A stretch of DNA of 64,000 bases from NCBI GenBank assembly GCA_963762015.1, contig CAVXJL010000013.1, forward strand, positions 27,709 through 91,708. The letters run 5' to 3'. Under the pieces are notes generated by a model. The model saw nothing but the letters and a program-made list of their open reading frames with translations, did not search any database and was not told the origin of the DNA. This document shows positions 21,091-31,325 of this stretch, piece by piece. Position 1 is the first letter of the stretch; the number at the start of each line of letters is the position of its first letter. Origin of the DNA: an uncultured Actinomycetota bacterium. GTDB taxonomy: Bacteria > Actinomycetota > UBA4738 > HRBIN12. Both the position numbers and the translations under genes were made by a program.

Positions 21091-23532
21091 ATGAGAACCA
21101 GAACCGACATGGGACGGGGCCGGCGCGGCAAGCGAGGGCTCGCGTCCTTCGTATCGTTCCTGCTCCTGTTCGCGTTCGCGCTCGGAAGCAGTTCATTGGT
21201 CGCGCTGGCGGACAACGGCGGCGCGAAGGGGAACAAGAAGGCTGTCTCGAGTGATGAGACGCTACCCGTGGCCGAAGCACCGGCCGACGAAGCCCCCGCA
21301 GAGGAAGCTCCGGCCGAGGAAGCTCCCGTAGAAGAGGCTCCGGCCGAGGAAGCTCCGGCCGAGGAAGCTTCCGTAGAAGACACCGACGCGGGAGCCTCCA
21401 CCGAGGGCACCACGCCCACGGGCCGAGCCGCACCCAAGGCCAGCCAGTTCAAGACCGCGAGCGCAGGCCGCGGCGCCGGGATCCTGAGCCACGGTGGACT
21501 CCACGGCGGTGATGTCTCGCTCGACTTCGTCGCAGCCGGACCGTTCACCTACGACCACAGCACCGGCCTGGGCACGCACCCCCAGTTCGGATACGACAAC
21601 CGCACCATCAGTAAGACGAACGGGGTCGTGGAGTCGCTGGAAAGCGGCGACTTCGAGTGCGGTGATCTCGTGACCTTCTTCGTGCAGGTCGTGATCGCTG
21701 AGGATGCAGAAGGCAGCGGCACCGTCGAGCTCGACTTGTCGTTCGGCGCCGAGACCACGGGCCAGCCCGGCCTCGGCTTCGACAACATCGTCAGCTACGG
21801 GATCAACACCCCCGACGACGGCAATGTCGGGAACGTGGGCGACAACGTCGTGACCGCCAGCCCGCCCAACGGGGCCATCGAGACCTCGGGCTACGACGAA
21901 TTGAAGGCGACCCTCACGGTGACCAACCTCGCCCCCGGTGAGACCGCCATCGTTCGAGTGACGGTCCACCTCGAATGCGAGGTCGGGGCCAGCCCGACCG
22001 GCAACATCCTCAATTCGATCGAGGCTGCCCGCGCGGACGGCGAGAGGATCTCCGTCGGACAGCAGACCGTTCCGATGAAGCAGGTCGGTGGGATCGACGC
22101 AGCGCCCGCGATCGATGTCACCAAGGACTGCCCCGCGGCGGTGGGTGCCGGCGAGGAGATCACGTACGAGATCACGGTGACGAACACCGGGAACGTGGAA
22201 CTGACCAACATCACGGTCGTCGACGACATCATCGGCGATCTATCGGGTGAGTTCCCGGACACCCTCGCCGTGGGATCCGATCCCGTCACGGTGGAGGTGC
22301 AGTACACGCCGGCGCCGGCGGACGGCGACCCCGTCACGAACACGGTCACCGCGACCGGCGACTGGGACGCTGGCGAGACCAGCGATTCCGTGTCGGACAC
22401 CGCCGAGTGCACCACGGACATCACCCACGAGCCCGGGATCCTGGTCGTCAAGGAATGCCCAGAGTCGGTGCCGTTCGGTGAGGACGTGACCTTCACGATC
22501 ACCGTCACGAACACCGGCAACGAGGCCCTCGAGAACGTCCTCGTGACGGACGAGCTCCTCGGTGGGGACATCACCGCGGACTTCGACTTCGCGGATCCGT
22601 TCCCGGTGGGCGGCGAAGAGTCAGCCGAGTTCACGTACACGCCGGGACCGAACGAGGACCCGGTGGAGAACTCCGTCACCGCTTCGGGCGACGGTGTGGA
22701 CTCCGAGGTCACCGCGACCTCTACGGACGACTGTGACACCGACGTCATCCACGCACCGGCGATCGAGGTCACCAAGGCCTGTCCGGCTCTGGTGGCATCC
22801 GGTGAGGACGTGACCTTCACGATCACCGTCACGAACACCGGTAACGAGGACCTCGGGAACGTTTCCGTGACGGACGAGCTCCTCGGCGGGAACATCACCG
22901 ATGCCTTCGGATTCGGGGAGACGTTCGCGGCCGGAGCCGAGGTATCCGCCCAGTTCACCTACACACCAGGGGCGGACGAAGATCCCGTGGAGAACTCCGT
23001 CACCGCTTCGGGCGTCGGGGTGCACTCCGAGATCACGGTGACGTCTACGGACGTGTGTGTCACCGATGTCTCGAACCCGGCCATCCAGATCGTGAAGACG
23101 GTCAGCGAAGAGATCGTCCCCGTGGGAACCACGGTGACCTACACCTACGTCATCACGAACACCGGCGACGTGACGCTGTACGACATCAGTGTCGATGACG
23201 ACATCATGGGGCACATCGGGGACATCCCCGTCCTCGAGCCCGGGGTCTCCGTGACCCTCACGAAGGACTTCGTGGTGGGCGACGAACCCGTCCTCAATGT
23301 CGGCACGGCCGTGGGCGAGGACATCCTCGGCCGGGTCGTGAGCGACGACGACGACGCGTTCGTCAGTCCGATCGCCGGCGAGAACCCGCCGAACCCCCCG
23401 AACAACCCCCCGACGCCCTTCACGGGCTCGGACGCGGGCCGGCTCGGGCTCATCACCCTGATCCTGGCCGGGATCGGCGTGACCGTGGTCGCGTCGACCC
23501 GCAGGCGCCGGCCTGAGCGGGAGGCCGCATAA
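21091..23532 (+). CDS. DUF11-repeat cell-surface protein 2 (signal peptide, Ala/Glu/Pro-rich linker, DUF11 repeats, TPFTG sorting-signal-like C-terminus)
   Basis: ATG after GGGGAGGTAGAG. (AEEAP)n low-complexity stretch. Repeated ...VTFTITVTNTGNE... modules. C-terminus NPPNPPNNPPTPFTGSDAGRLGLITLILAGIGVTVVASTRRRRPEREAA. Confidence 0.8.
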   Translation: MRTRTDMGRGRRGKRGLASFVSFLLLFAFALGSSSLVALADNGGAKGNKKAVSSDETLPVAEAPADEAPAEEAPAEEAPVEEAPAEEAPAEEASVEDTDAGASTEGTTPTGRAAPKASQFKTASAGRGAGILSHGGLHGGDVSLDFVAAGPFTYDHSTGLGTHPQFGYDNRTISKTNGVVESLESGDFECGDLVTFFVQVVIAEDAEGSGTVELDLSFGAETTGQPGLGFDNIVSYGINTPDDGNVGNVGDNVVTASPPNGAIETSGYDELKATLTVTNLAPGETAIVRVTVHLECEVGASPTGNILNSIEAARADGERISVGQQTVPMKQVGGIDAAPAIDVTKDCPAAVGAGEEITYEITVTNTGNVELTNITVVDDIIGDLSGEFPDTLAVGSDPVTVEVQYTPAPADGDPVTNTVTATGDWDAGETSDSVSDTAECTTDITHEPGILVVKECPESVPFGEDVTFTITVTNTGNEALENVLVTDELLGGDITADFDFADPFPVGGEESAEFTYTPGPNEDPVENSVTASGDGVDSEVTATSTDDCDTDVIHAPAIEVTKACPALVASGEDVTFTITVTNTGNEDLGNVSVTDELLGGNITDAFGFGETFAAGAEVSAQFTYTPGADEDPVENSVTASGVGVHSEITVTSTDVCVTDVSNPAIQIVKTVSEEIVPVGTTVTYTYVITNTGDVTLYDISVDDDIMGHIGDIPVLEPGVSVTLTKDFVVGDEPVLNVGTAVGEDILGRVVSDDDDAFVSPIAGENPPNPPNNPPTPFTGSDAGRLGLITLILAGIGVTVVASTRRRRPEREAA

Positions 23533-23553
23533 ACACCCGAGAAGCGCGAGCAT

Positions 23554-23590
23554 GGGGCGGGGTCCGAAAGGGACCCCGCCCCTCCCGTTT
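23554..23590 (+). terminator. strong hairpin terminator after DUF11 gene 2
   Basis: GGGGCGGGGTCC-gaaa-GGACCCCGCCCC (12-bp stem, GNRA loop) followed by a T-containing tail. Confidence 0.55.
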
Positions 23591-23703
23591 CTCCCCCAAG
23601 AGACCCCACAGTGGTGGCGAAGGGGAACGCTCAGGCCTCCGTCCAAGCACGTCCACTCGATGGATCCGTCGATCCGTGCTCGTTTTCCACCAGATCTCTA
23701 GTA

Positions 23704-23732
23704 TTGCGCAATCCGGATACTTCCTCCACAAT
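23704..23732 (+). promoter_or_regulatory. putative promoter of DUF11 gene 3 (-35 TTGCGC, 17-bp spacer, -10 CACAAT)
   Basis: Same architecture as the gene-2 promoter. Confidence 0.45.
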
Positions 23733-23907
23733 CGATGTCACCCGAACGGACTACTTCGTCCGCCAGGAACAGTCGGGCCATTCGCCCGATGCTGTCCCCC
23801 GGGCGAGGGATATAGCGTTCGGTAGGCGGACCACGCTCTTCACCGTAGGGCGGGGGCCGCATCTATCGGTCAAGTGAAGCGCACCACACCAGTTGGGGAG
23901 GTACGGG
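23733..23907 (+). promoter_or_regulatory. conserved ~175-nt 5' leader of DUF11 gene 3 (candidate cis-regulatory RNA)
   Basis: Contains CCGAACGGACTAC, GGCCATTCGCCCGATGcTgTCCCCCGGGcGAGG, CCGTAGGgCGgGGGCC and GGGGAGGTA. Confidence 0.45.
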
Positions 23908-26900
23908 ATGGGAACCAGATCCAATGGGGGGCGTAGTCGCGGCACCAAGCGGGGACTCGCTTCGTTCGTATCGTTCGTTGTGCTGTTCGCGCTCGCGCTC
24001 GGACAGGGCAGCTCGTTGATCGCGTTGGCGGACGACGCCAGCCGCAGCACGGCACTTCCGTCGGCGCAGCCGACCGGTGCGGCTCCGTCCACCGACCAAG
24101 TCAGTGGCGACACAGGGACCTCGTCTGACGACGGGGCTTCCACGACGTCTCGGACAGCGCCCAAGGTCAGCCAGCGGAACACCGCAGCCGCTGGACGCAC
24201 CGGTGCGCTTGCGGCCCCCCCGAGCTCCGGGTTCGACGGCGGGGACATCAGCCTCGACTTCGTCGCGGCCGGTCCCTTCACGTACAACCACGACACGGGA
24301 GTCGGCGGCGCCTACAACAACCGTACGATCAGCAAGACGACGGGTGTCGTGGAGTCGCTGGAGGGCGGCGACTTCGAATGCGGTGACCTCGTGGTGTTCT
24401 TCACGCAGGTCGTCGTCGACAACGGCGCGACCGGCACTGGAAGCATCGACATCGACTACGCGTTCGGCGCGGAGACGACCGGCCAGCCGGGGATCGGCTT
24501 CGACGACATCGTGAGCGTCAGCGTGAACACCAGCGACTCGGGCAATGTTGGCCTGGAAGGCACCGAGACGGCCACGCTCATCGCCGAAGGCACCGGAACG
24601 ATCGGTGGCAGCGACGCGGTCACCGGCACCGTTCGGGTCACCGGGCTCAACGCCGGCGAGCACTTGATCGTCCGCACGGTCGTGCATCTCGGGTGCGATG
24701 TCGGCGCCTCTCCGACCGGCAACATCCAGAGTGCGGTTCCTGCCGCAAGGGTTGTCCTGCCGGAGGCGGACACGATCTCCGTCGGCAACCAGACGATCCC
24801 GTTCAAGAAGGTCGAGGACGTCGCGCAGCCGGGCATGAACGTCACCAAGACGTGTCCTGCGTTCTCTCAGGTCGGCGACGTCATCACCTACAGCATCTCG
24901 ATCCAGAACACGGGCAACGAGACACTCAACATCACGAGCGTCGTGGACACGGTGAACGGCCACAGTCCCGTGAACATCACGGCCTCGTTCCCGGCAACGG
25001 TCGCGGCCGGAGCCACGGTCACCAGGACCTACGAGTACACGGTGGTGGCCGCCGATCCGGATCCGCTGCCGAACTCGGTGACGGTGACGGCCAAGGGAGC
25101 CGTCTCGCAAGTGACGCTGACCGGATCCTCGTCCTGTGAGACCGACATCCTCAACCCCGACATCAAGGTCACCAAGACCTGCACGGACTTCGCGCAGGTC
25201 GGTGACGTGATCACCTACACGATCACGGTCGAGAACACCGGGGACGAGACCCTGAACGGCGTGACCGTGATGGACTCCTTGCTCGGGAACCTGTCGGGCT
25301 CCTACGACGACGTGTTCTCCCCAGGCGAAGAGGAATCGCACGACTTCACCTACACGGTCACCGAGAACAGCCCGGACCCGGTCCCGAACACGGTGACCGC
25401 CTCGGGCACGGGTGCCACCTCCAACGACACCGTGACCGACACGGCGTCGTGCTCCACCGACATCCTCAACCCCGACATCAAGGTCACGAAGACCTGCACG
25501 GACTTCGCGCAGGTCGGTGACGTGATCACCTACACGATCACCGTCACGAACACGGGTGATGAGGACTCTCGAGGGCATGACCGTCGATGACACGCTGCTC
25601 GGCGACCTCTCGGACGACTTCGCCGACACGTTGGCGGCCGGTGACTCGGAGTCCCACGACTTCGACTACCTGGTCACCGAGGACAGCCCGGACCCGGTCC
25701 CGAACTCGGTGACCGCGACGGGCACGGGCGTGACCTCGGAAGAGATCGTGGATGACACGGCGCGGATGCTCGACGGAGATCCTCAACCCCGACATCGATG
25801 TCACGAAGACCTGCACGGACTTCGCGCAGGTCGGTGACACGATCACCTACACGATCACCGTCACCAACACGGGTGATGAGGATCTCGAGGGCATCACCGT
25901 CGATGACACGCTGCTCGGCGACCTCTCGGACGACTTCGCCGACACCTTGGCGGCCGGTGACTCGGAGTCCCACGACTTCGACTACCTGGTCACCGAGGAC
26001 AGCCCGGACCCGGTCCCGAACTCGGTGACCGCGACGGGCACGGGCGTGACCTCGGAAGAGGTCGTGGATGACACGGCCGGATGCTCGACGGAGATCCTCA
26101 ACCCCGACATCGATGTCACGAAGACCTGCACGGACTTCGCGCAGGTCGGTGACACGATCACCTACACGATCACCGTCACCAACACGGGTGATGAGGATCT
26201 CGAGGGCATCACCGTCGATGACACGCTGCTCGGCGACCTCTCGGACGACTTCGCCGACACCTTGGCGGCCGGTGACTCGGAGTCCCACGACTTCGACTAC
26301 CTGGTCACCGAGGACAGCCCGGACCCGGTCCCGAACTCGGTGACCGCGACGGGCACGGGCGTGACCTCGGAAGAGGTCGTGGATGACACGGCCGGATGCT
26401 CGACGGAGATCCTCAACCCCGACATCGATGTCACGAAGACCTGCACGGACTTCGCGCAGGTCGGTGACACGATCACCTACACGATCACCGTCACCAACAC
26501 GGGTGATGAGGATCTCGAGGGCATCACCGTCGATGACACGCTGCTCGGCGACCTCTCGGACGACTTCGCCGACACCTTGGCGGCCGGTGACTCGGAGTCC
26601 CACGACTTCGACTACCTGGTCACCGAGGACAGCCCGGACCCGGTCCCGAACTCGGTGACCGCGACGGGCACGGGCGTGACCTCGGAAGAGGTCGTGGATG
26701 ACACGGCCGGATGCTCGACGGAGATCCTCAACCCCGACATCACGGTGACCAAGTCGTGCCCCGAGTCGGCGACGGTGGGTGACACGATCACCTACACGAT
26801 CACCGTGACCAACACGGGTGATGAGGATCTCGAGGGCATCACGGTCGAGGACTCGTTGCTCGGCGACCTCTCAGACTCCTTCGCGGACACGCTCGATGTG

Positions 26901-27836
26901 GAGGAATCGGAGTCGCACGACTTCACCTACACGGTTACCGCCCAGAGCCCGGACCCGGTCCCGAACACCGTGACCGCTTCGGGCACGGGAGTGACCTCGG
27001 AAGACACCGTGACCAACACCACGTCGTGCTCCACGGACGTGCTCTTCCCGGCGATCAACATCGTCAAGGACGGGCCGGCCCTCGTGCACCGGGGCGACAC
27101 GATCACCTACACGTTCGAGGTCACCAACCCCGGTGAGGTCGAGCTGTTCGACGTCGAGCTCTCCGACCCGATCTGCGACGAAGGCACGATCGAGCCCGGT
27201 GAGGACGTGGACTCCAGCCTGGCGGTCGGCGAGGTGTGGCACTTCACGTGCCTGCACCTGGTCACCGACGAGGACCCGGACCCGATCCCGAACACCGGGA
27301 CCGTCCGTGGCGACACGGAGGAGGGCGAGGGTGGCGAAGAGGTCGAGGACAGCGATGACCACCTGGTGGACATCATCAACCCCGGCATCGACATCCTGAA
27401 GACCGTCGACGAGGAGATCGTCCCGATCGGTACCACCGTGACGTTTACCTACGTCGTTACCAACACCGGCGACACCACGCTGTATGAGATCAGCGTCGAC
27501 GACGACATCCTGGGTCACATCGGGGACATCGCCGTCCTCGAGCCGGGGGACTCCGCCACGCTGACCAAGGACTTCGTGGTTGGTGACGAGATCGTCACCA
27601 ACGTCGGCACCGCGACGGGCGAGGACGTCCTCGGTCGCTCGGTGAGCGCCGATGACGACGCCACCGTCACTCCGATCGCCGGTGAGAACCCGCCGAACCC
27701 GCCGAACAACCCCCCGACGCCCTTCACGGGCTCGGACGCGGGCCGCCTGGGCCTCATCACGATCGTCCTGTTCGGGATCGGCGTGACCGTGGTCGCGTCG
27801 ACCCGCAGGCGCCGGCCGGAGCGTGAGGCCGCGTAA
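23908..27836 (+). pseudogene. DUF11-repeat cell-surface protein 3 (~1300 aa if corrected); two +1 frameshifts at ~25568 and ~25757 inside a tandem-repeat array
   Basis: Signal peptide and N-terminal domain homologous to gene 2. Reading continues in frame 2 (25556-25837) and frame 0 (25752-27836). The C-terminal ~150 aa and TPFTG+TM+RRRR tail are almost identical to gene 2. Confidence 0.7.
25132..27021 (+). repeat. tandem array of ~6 x 315-bp units (each one 105-aa DUF11 module); 3-4 central copies essentially identical
   Basis: Unit CSTEILNPDIDVTKTCTDFAQVGDTITYTITVTNTGDEDLEGITVDDTLLGDLSDDFADTLAAGDSESHDFDYLVTEDSPDPVPNSVTATGTGVTSEEVVDDTAG repeats with period 315 bp (e.g. 26077, 26392, 26707). 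Flanking copies are diverged. Confidence 0.85.
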
Positions 27837-27853
27837 CGGGAAGCACAGCGAAA

Positions 27854-27900
27854 GGAAAGGGGGCGGGATCCCAACCGGGATCCCGCCCCTTTCCTTCTCT
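27854..27900 (+). terminator. hairpin terminator after DUF11 gene 3
   Basis: GGAAAGGGGGCGGGATCCC-aacc-GGGATCCCGCCCCTTTCC followed by TTCTCTT. Confidence 0.5.
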
Positions 27901-27915
27901 TACCGGGTCAGACCC

Positions 27916-28368
27916 TCATCCGACGAAGATCATCGTGACCCACAGGAACCCATCCTGGGCGTAAAGCCCGACCCCGACCCGGCGGTAGCCGCGTCCGAGG
28001 ATGTTGTCTCGGTGCGCGTCGCTCCTCATGAATGCGTCGAACAGCCCGCGCATGCTTCCTCCGGCCCCGACATTCTCCCCCGCCACGCTCCAGGACACGA
28101 ACGTGAGCCTGGACCCCAGGGAAGCCGTGTGGAAGATCCGACCGGCGTTGGCCATCTGCCTGCTGTGCTCGTTCGCCATCTTCCGGAGTCGCCATCCCGG
28201 ATCCAGGCTCACCGCTCCACGCGTACTCCGAGCCGAGTTCACCCACCCGAGCATGTCGAGACGGGGCGTCCAGGTGGCATGTGCGCTGGGCGCGACTGCT
28301 CCCAGCACCACGGAGAGGGCGAGGGTGAGCCCCAAGACCTTGATGGTCTTGACCAGACCTCGTCTCAT
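27916..28368 (-). CDS. secreted CAP-domain (SCP/PR-1/YkwD-like) protein, paralog 1
   Basis: ATG behind AAGGAGG RBS. Signal peptide MRRGLVKTIKVLGLTLALSVVLGAVAPSAHA. CAP motifs ...HS.QMAN.GRIFH... and HRDNIL...GVG. Confidence 0.7.
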   Translation of the reverse strand: MRRGLVKTIKVLGLTLALSVVLGAVAPSAHATWTPRLDMLGWVNSARSTRGAVSLDPGWRLRKMANEHSRQMANAGRIFHTASLGSRLTFVSWSVAGENVGAGGSMRGLFDAFMRSDAHRDNILGRGYRRVGVGLYAQDGFLWVTMIFVG

Positions 28369-28505
28369 CGCTGCGCCTCCTTGCCGCGGGCGACCTCCCT
28401 CGGCCGCCTCTGTCACCGAACATCGGCATCAGGCGGCCCGGCTTGAGACAGAACTGGTCAAAGATGACTAGGAGCACGTACCTGTGAAGAGGTAGCGGGA
28501 GCGCG

Positions 28506-29981
28506 CTACCAGCGCAGCTTGAGAGACCGTGCGGCCCTCGCCTCATCGAGCCGGCGGACCGGTGTCGTCACGGGCGCTTCTCGGAGGATCTCAGGGTGCT
28601 CGCGGGCCTCGCGGGCCGCCTGTCGGAGCGCATCAGCGAACGATTCCAGCGTTGCCTTCGACTCCGTTTCGGTGGGCTCGACCATCATCGCCTCCTCCAC
28701 CACGAGCGGGAAGTACACCGTCGACGGATGGAACCCGAGGTCGATGACGCGCTTCGCGACGTCCATCGCCCTGATGCCCGTGGCCTCGCGAAGCCGCTTG
28801 GCGGTCGCGACGAACTCATGCATCGGCCGCATGTCCGGATGAGCGAGAGGGAAGTCCTCCTTGACCAGGTGAGCCAGGTAGTTGGCGTTCAGTGCGGCCA
28901 GTTCGCTCACGGCCTTCAGGCCGTCGGATCCGTGGAGGAACACGTAGGAGTACGCGCGCACGAGGATCCCCACGTTCCCGTGGAACCCGTGCATGCGACC
29001 GATCGAGCGCTCCCCTCCTGGCTCCAGGGAGAAGGTCTCGTCGTCCGCTCGCTGCACCGTGGGACCCGGCAGGTACGGGACGAGCTCGTCGGTCACGCCG
29101 ACCGGCCCCGCTCCGGGACCTCCTCCCCCGTGCGGCGTCGCGAACGTCTTGTGGGTGTTGATGTGGACGATGTCGAATCCCATGTCCCCCGGTCGGCAGC
29201 GGCCCAGGATCGCGTTCAGGTTCGCCCCGTCGTAGTAGAGGAGCCCGCCCACGCCGTGGATCGTCGCCGCGATCTCGTCGATCTCCTCTTCGAAGAGCCC
29301 GAGGGTGTTGGGGTTGGTCAGCATGAGACCCGCAACCGACTCGTCCACCAGCTTGGCAAGAGCCCCCACGTCGACGAGGCCGCGCGCGTCCGAACGGACC
29401 GGGACCGCCTCGAACCCGGCGAGACGGACGCTCGCCGGGTTCGTCCCGTGTGCGGAGTCCGGGATGATCACTCGACGACGTTCGTCGCCACGGTCCTCGT
29501 GGTAGGCCCGCATCAGCAACAGGCCCGTCATCTCCCCGCACGCCCCCGCCGGCGGCTGCAGCGTGGCCCGGGCCATGCCCGTGACCTCGCAGAGGGCCCG
29601 CTCGAGCCTCCACAGGAGCTCAAGTGCCCCTTGCGTCGTCGTGTCCGGCTGGAGCGGGTGGAGCCGCTGGAAACCAGGCAGGGCGGCGACCGTCTCGGCG
29701 ACCTTCGGGTTGTACTTCATCGTGCAGGAACCCAACGGGTACATCCCCGTGTCGAGGCCGTAGTTCATCTGCGCGAGACGTGTGTAGTGACGAACCAGGT
29801 CCACCTCCCCCACTTCCGGCATCCCGGGACGCTGGGTCCGTGCATGCTCGGCCGGGATCGGCGCCTCCGGGACGTCTAAGGCGGGCAGGCTCCACGCTCG
29901 GCGCCCGGCGACGGAACGATCGAGGATCGTTCCGTCGCCGGGCGACCCCTGGCGCCGGATCGGCGCGCCGATCGCCATCAT
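28506..29981 (-). CDS. gcvPB: glycine dehydrogenase (decarboxylating) subunit 2
   Basis: PLP-dependent; GHLTVEGVGLNP..., TFATPHGGGGPGAGPVGV. Start ATG overlaps the gcvPA stop (ATGA). Confidence 0.85.
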   Translation of the reverse strand: MMAIGAPIRRQGSPGDGTILDRSVAGRRAWSLPALDVPEAPIPAEHARTQRPGMPEVGEVDLVRHYTRLAQMNYGLDTGMYPLGSCTMKYNPKVAETVAALPGFQRLHPLQPDTTTQGALELLWRLERALCEVTGMARATLQPPAGACGEMTGLLLMRAYHEDRGDERRRVIIPDSAHGTNPASVRLAGFEAVPVRSDARGLVDVGALAKLVDESVAGLMLTNPNTLGLFEEEIDEIAATIHGVGGLLYYDGANLNAILGRCRPGDMGFDIVHINTHKTFATPHGGGGPGAGPVGVTDELVPYLPGPTVQRADDETFSLEPGGERSIGRMHGFHGNVGILVRAYSYVFLHGSDGLKAVSELAALNANYLAHLVKEDFPLAHPDMRPMHEFVATAKRLREATGIRAMDVAKRVIDLGFHPSTVYFPLVVEEAMMVEPTETESKATLESFADALRQAAREAREHPEILREAPVTTPVRRLDEARAARSLKLRW

Positions 29982-31300
29982 GCGACGATCGCTTCCATCG
30001 CGGCGACGAACCCGTCGATCTGCTCCCGCGTCCTCCGCTCGGTGACGGCGACCAGGAGCACGTCCTCCCCCGCTCTCGGGAAAGCTACCCCTCCCAGGTA
30101 GCCGTGCTCCACCAAACCCTCGACGACCCGCTGGGCGTCGCCTGGAACGCGGAGGGCGAACTCCTTGAAGAACGGCGCATCGGGATGGAGCAAGGAGACC
30201 CCCGGGACCTCCGAAAGCCTCTCCGCCGCGTACGAGGCCTTCGCGGCGCACTGGCGTCCGAGTTCGGCGAGGCCATCAGGACCCAGCCACCCCAGGTAGA
30301 TCGTGGCCGCGATCGCCATCAGCGTCTGGTTGGTGCAGATGTTGGAGTTGGCCTTCTCCCGGCGGATGTGCTGCTCGCGCGCCTGGAGGGTGAGGACGTA
30401 TCCCGGATCCCCGTCCACGTCTACGGTCGCGCCGACGATGCGACCCGGCATCCGCCGCACGTCGGACATCCGACCTGCGATCAGGCCGAGGTACGGGCCG
30501 CCGAAGGCCAGATGATTCCCCAGGGATTGCCCTTCGGCGACTGCGATGTCCGCGCCCAGTTCTCCCGGCGGGGCGAGCACACCGAGTGAGAGGGGGTCGA
30601 ACACCTGGATCGCCTTCGCGCCGCCCTCACGAGCGGTGGTGGACAGCTGTGACACAGGCTCCAGGATCCCGAAGACATTGGGGTGCTGGACGACCACCGC
30701 CGCCACGTCGTCGTCCACGACCGGCGATCCACCTCTGCCCTCCACGGCCGCGAAGACCTCCGGCTCGTATCCCGACCCCTTGCCGTACGTGCGAAGGGTG
30801 TCCACCAGCCTCGGATCGACGCCTTCGGAGACCAGGACCCGACCACGCTCGGCCGTCCTCGACATGTTCACCGCCTCGACCAGTGCCGTGGCCCCGTCGT
30901 ACAGGGAGGCGTTGGACACCTCGAGGCCGGTGAGCTCGCAGACCATCGACTGGAATTCGAACAGCGCCTGCAAGATGCCCTGGGAGAGCTCCGGCTGGTA
31001 CGGCGTGTACGAGGTGGAGAATTCGGACCGACCGGCGAGCGCCCAGACCACGGACGGGATGTAGTGGTCGTAGGCGCCGGCACCCGCGAAGCACACGAGG
31101 TCGTCCAGGTGCCGACTGCGGGCCGCCAGACGACCCATGTCTTCCACGATCTCGAGCTCGGACACGCCCTCGGGGAGCCCCAACGGGCCGTCGAGGCGCA
31201 CGGTGGAAGGGATCTGCTCGAAGAGCCCGTCGAGCGACGAGACACCGATGGCCGAGAGCATCTCCTCGATCTCGGATCCCGTGTGCGGGGTGAACTTCAC
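29978..31300 (-). CDS. gcvPA: glycine dehydrogenase (decarboxylating) subunit 1
   Basis: GTG start (VKFTPHTGSEIEEML...); typical GcvPA N-terminus and length (440 aa). Confidence 0.85.
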   Translation of the reverse strand: MKFTPHTGSEIEEMLSAIGVSSLDGLFEQIPSTVRLDGPLGLPEGVSELEIVEDMGRLAARSRHLDDLVCFAGAGAYDHYIPSVVWALAGRSEFSTSYTPYQPELSQGILQALFEFQSMVCELTGLEVSNASLYDGATALVEAVNMSRTAERGRVLVSEGVDPRLVDTLRTYGKGSGYEPEVFAAVEGRGGSPVVDDDVAAVVVQHPNVFGILEPVSQLSTTAREGGAKAIQVFDPLSLGVLAPPGELGADIAVAEGQSLGNHLAFGGPYLGLIAGRMSDVRRMPGRIVGATVDVDGDPGYVLTLQAREQHIRREKANSNICTNQTLMAIAATIYLGWLGPDGLAELGRQCAAKASYAAERLSEVPGVSLLHPDAPFFKEFALRVPGDAQRVVEGLVEHGYLGGVAFPRAGEDVLLVAVTERRTREQIDGFVAAMEAIVA

Positions 31301-31325
31301 CCGGGAAGTGTACGAAGGTCTGACC

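Noticed and set aside
25132-27021. Regular repeat array that might be taken for CRISPR.
   Set aside because: The period of 315 bp is far longer than CRISPR repeat+spacer units. The array is protein-coding (DUF11 modules) and adjacent units are identical, not unique spacers.
28506-30251. 581-aa extended gcvPB ORF and the Arg-rich N-terminal extensions listed for xerD, scpA, nadK, the GT4 gene and aroA.
   Set aside because: The extensions are Arg/Gly-rich with no homology, and they overlap upstream genes. Internal Met/Val starts give canonical protein lengths and 4-nt coupled overlaps.
31301-31325. Expected glycine riboswitch in front of gcvPA.
   Set aside because: Only 26 nt separate gcvPA from the upstream ORF stop, and no GGAGAG/ACCGAAGG-type aptamer motifs are present. 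The upstream ORF has real coding signal.
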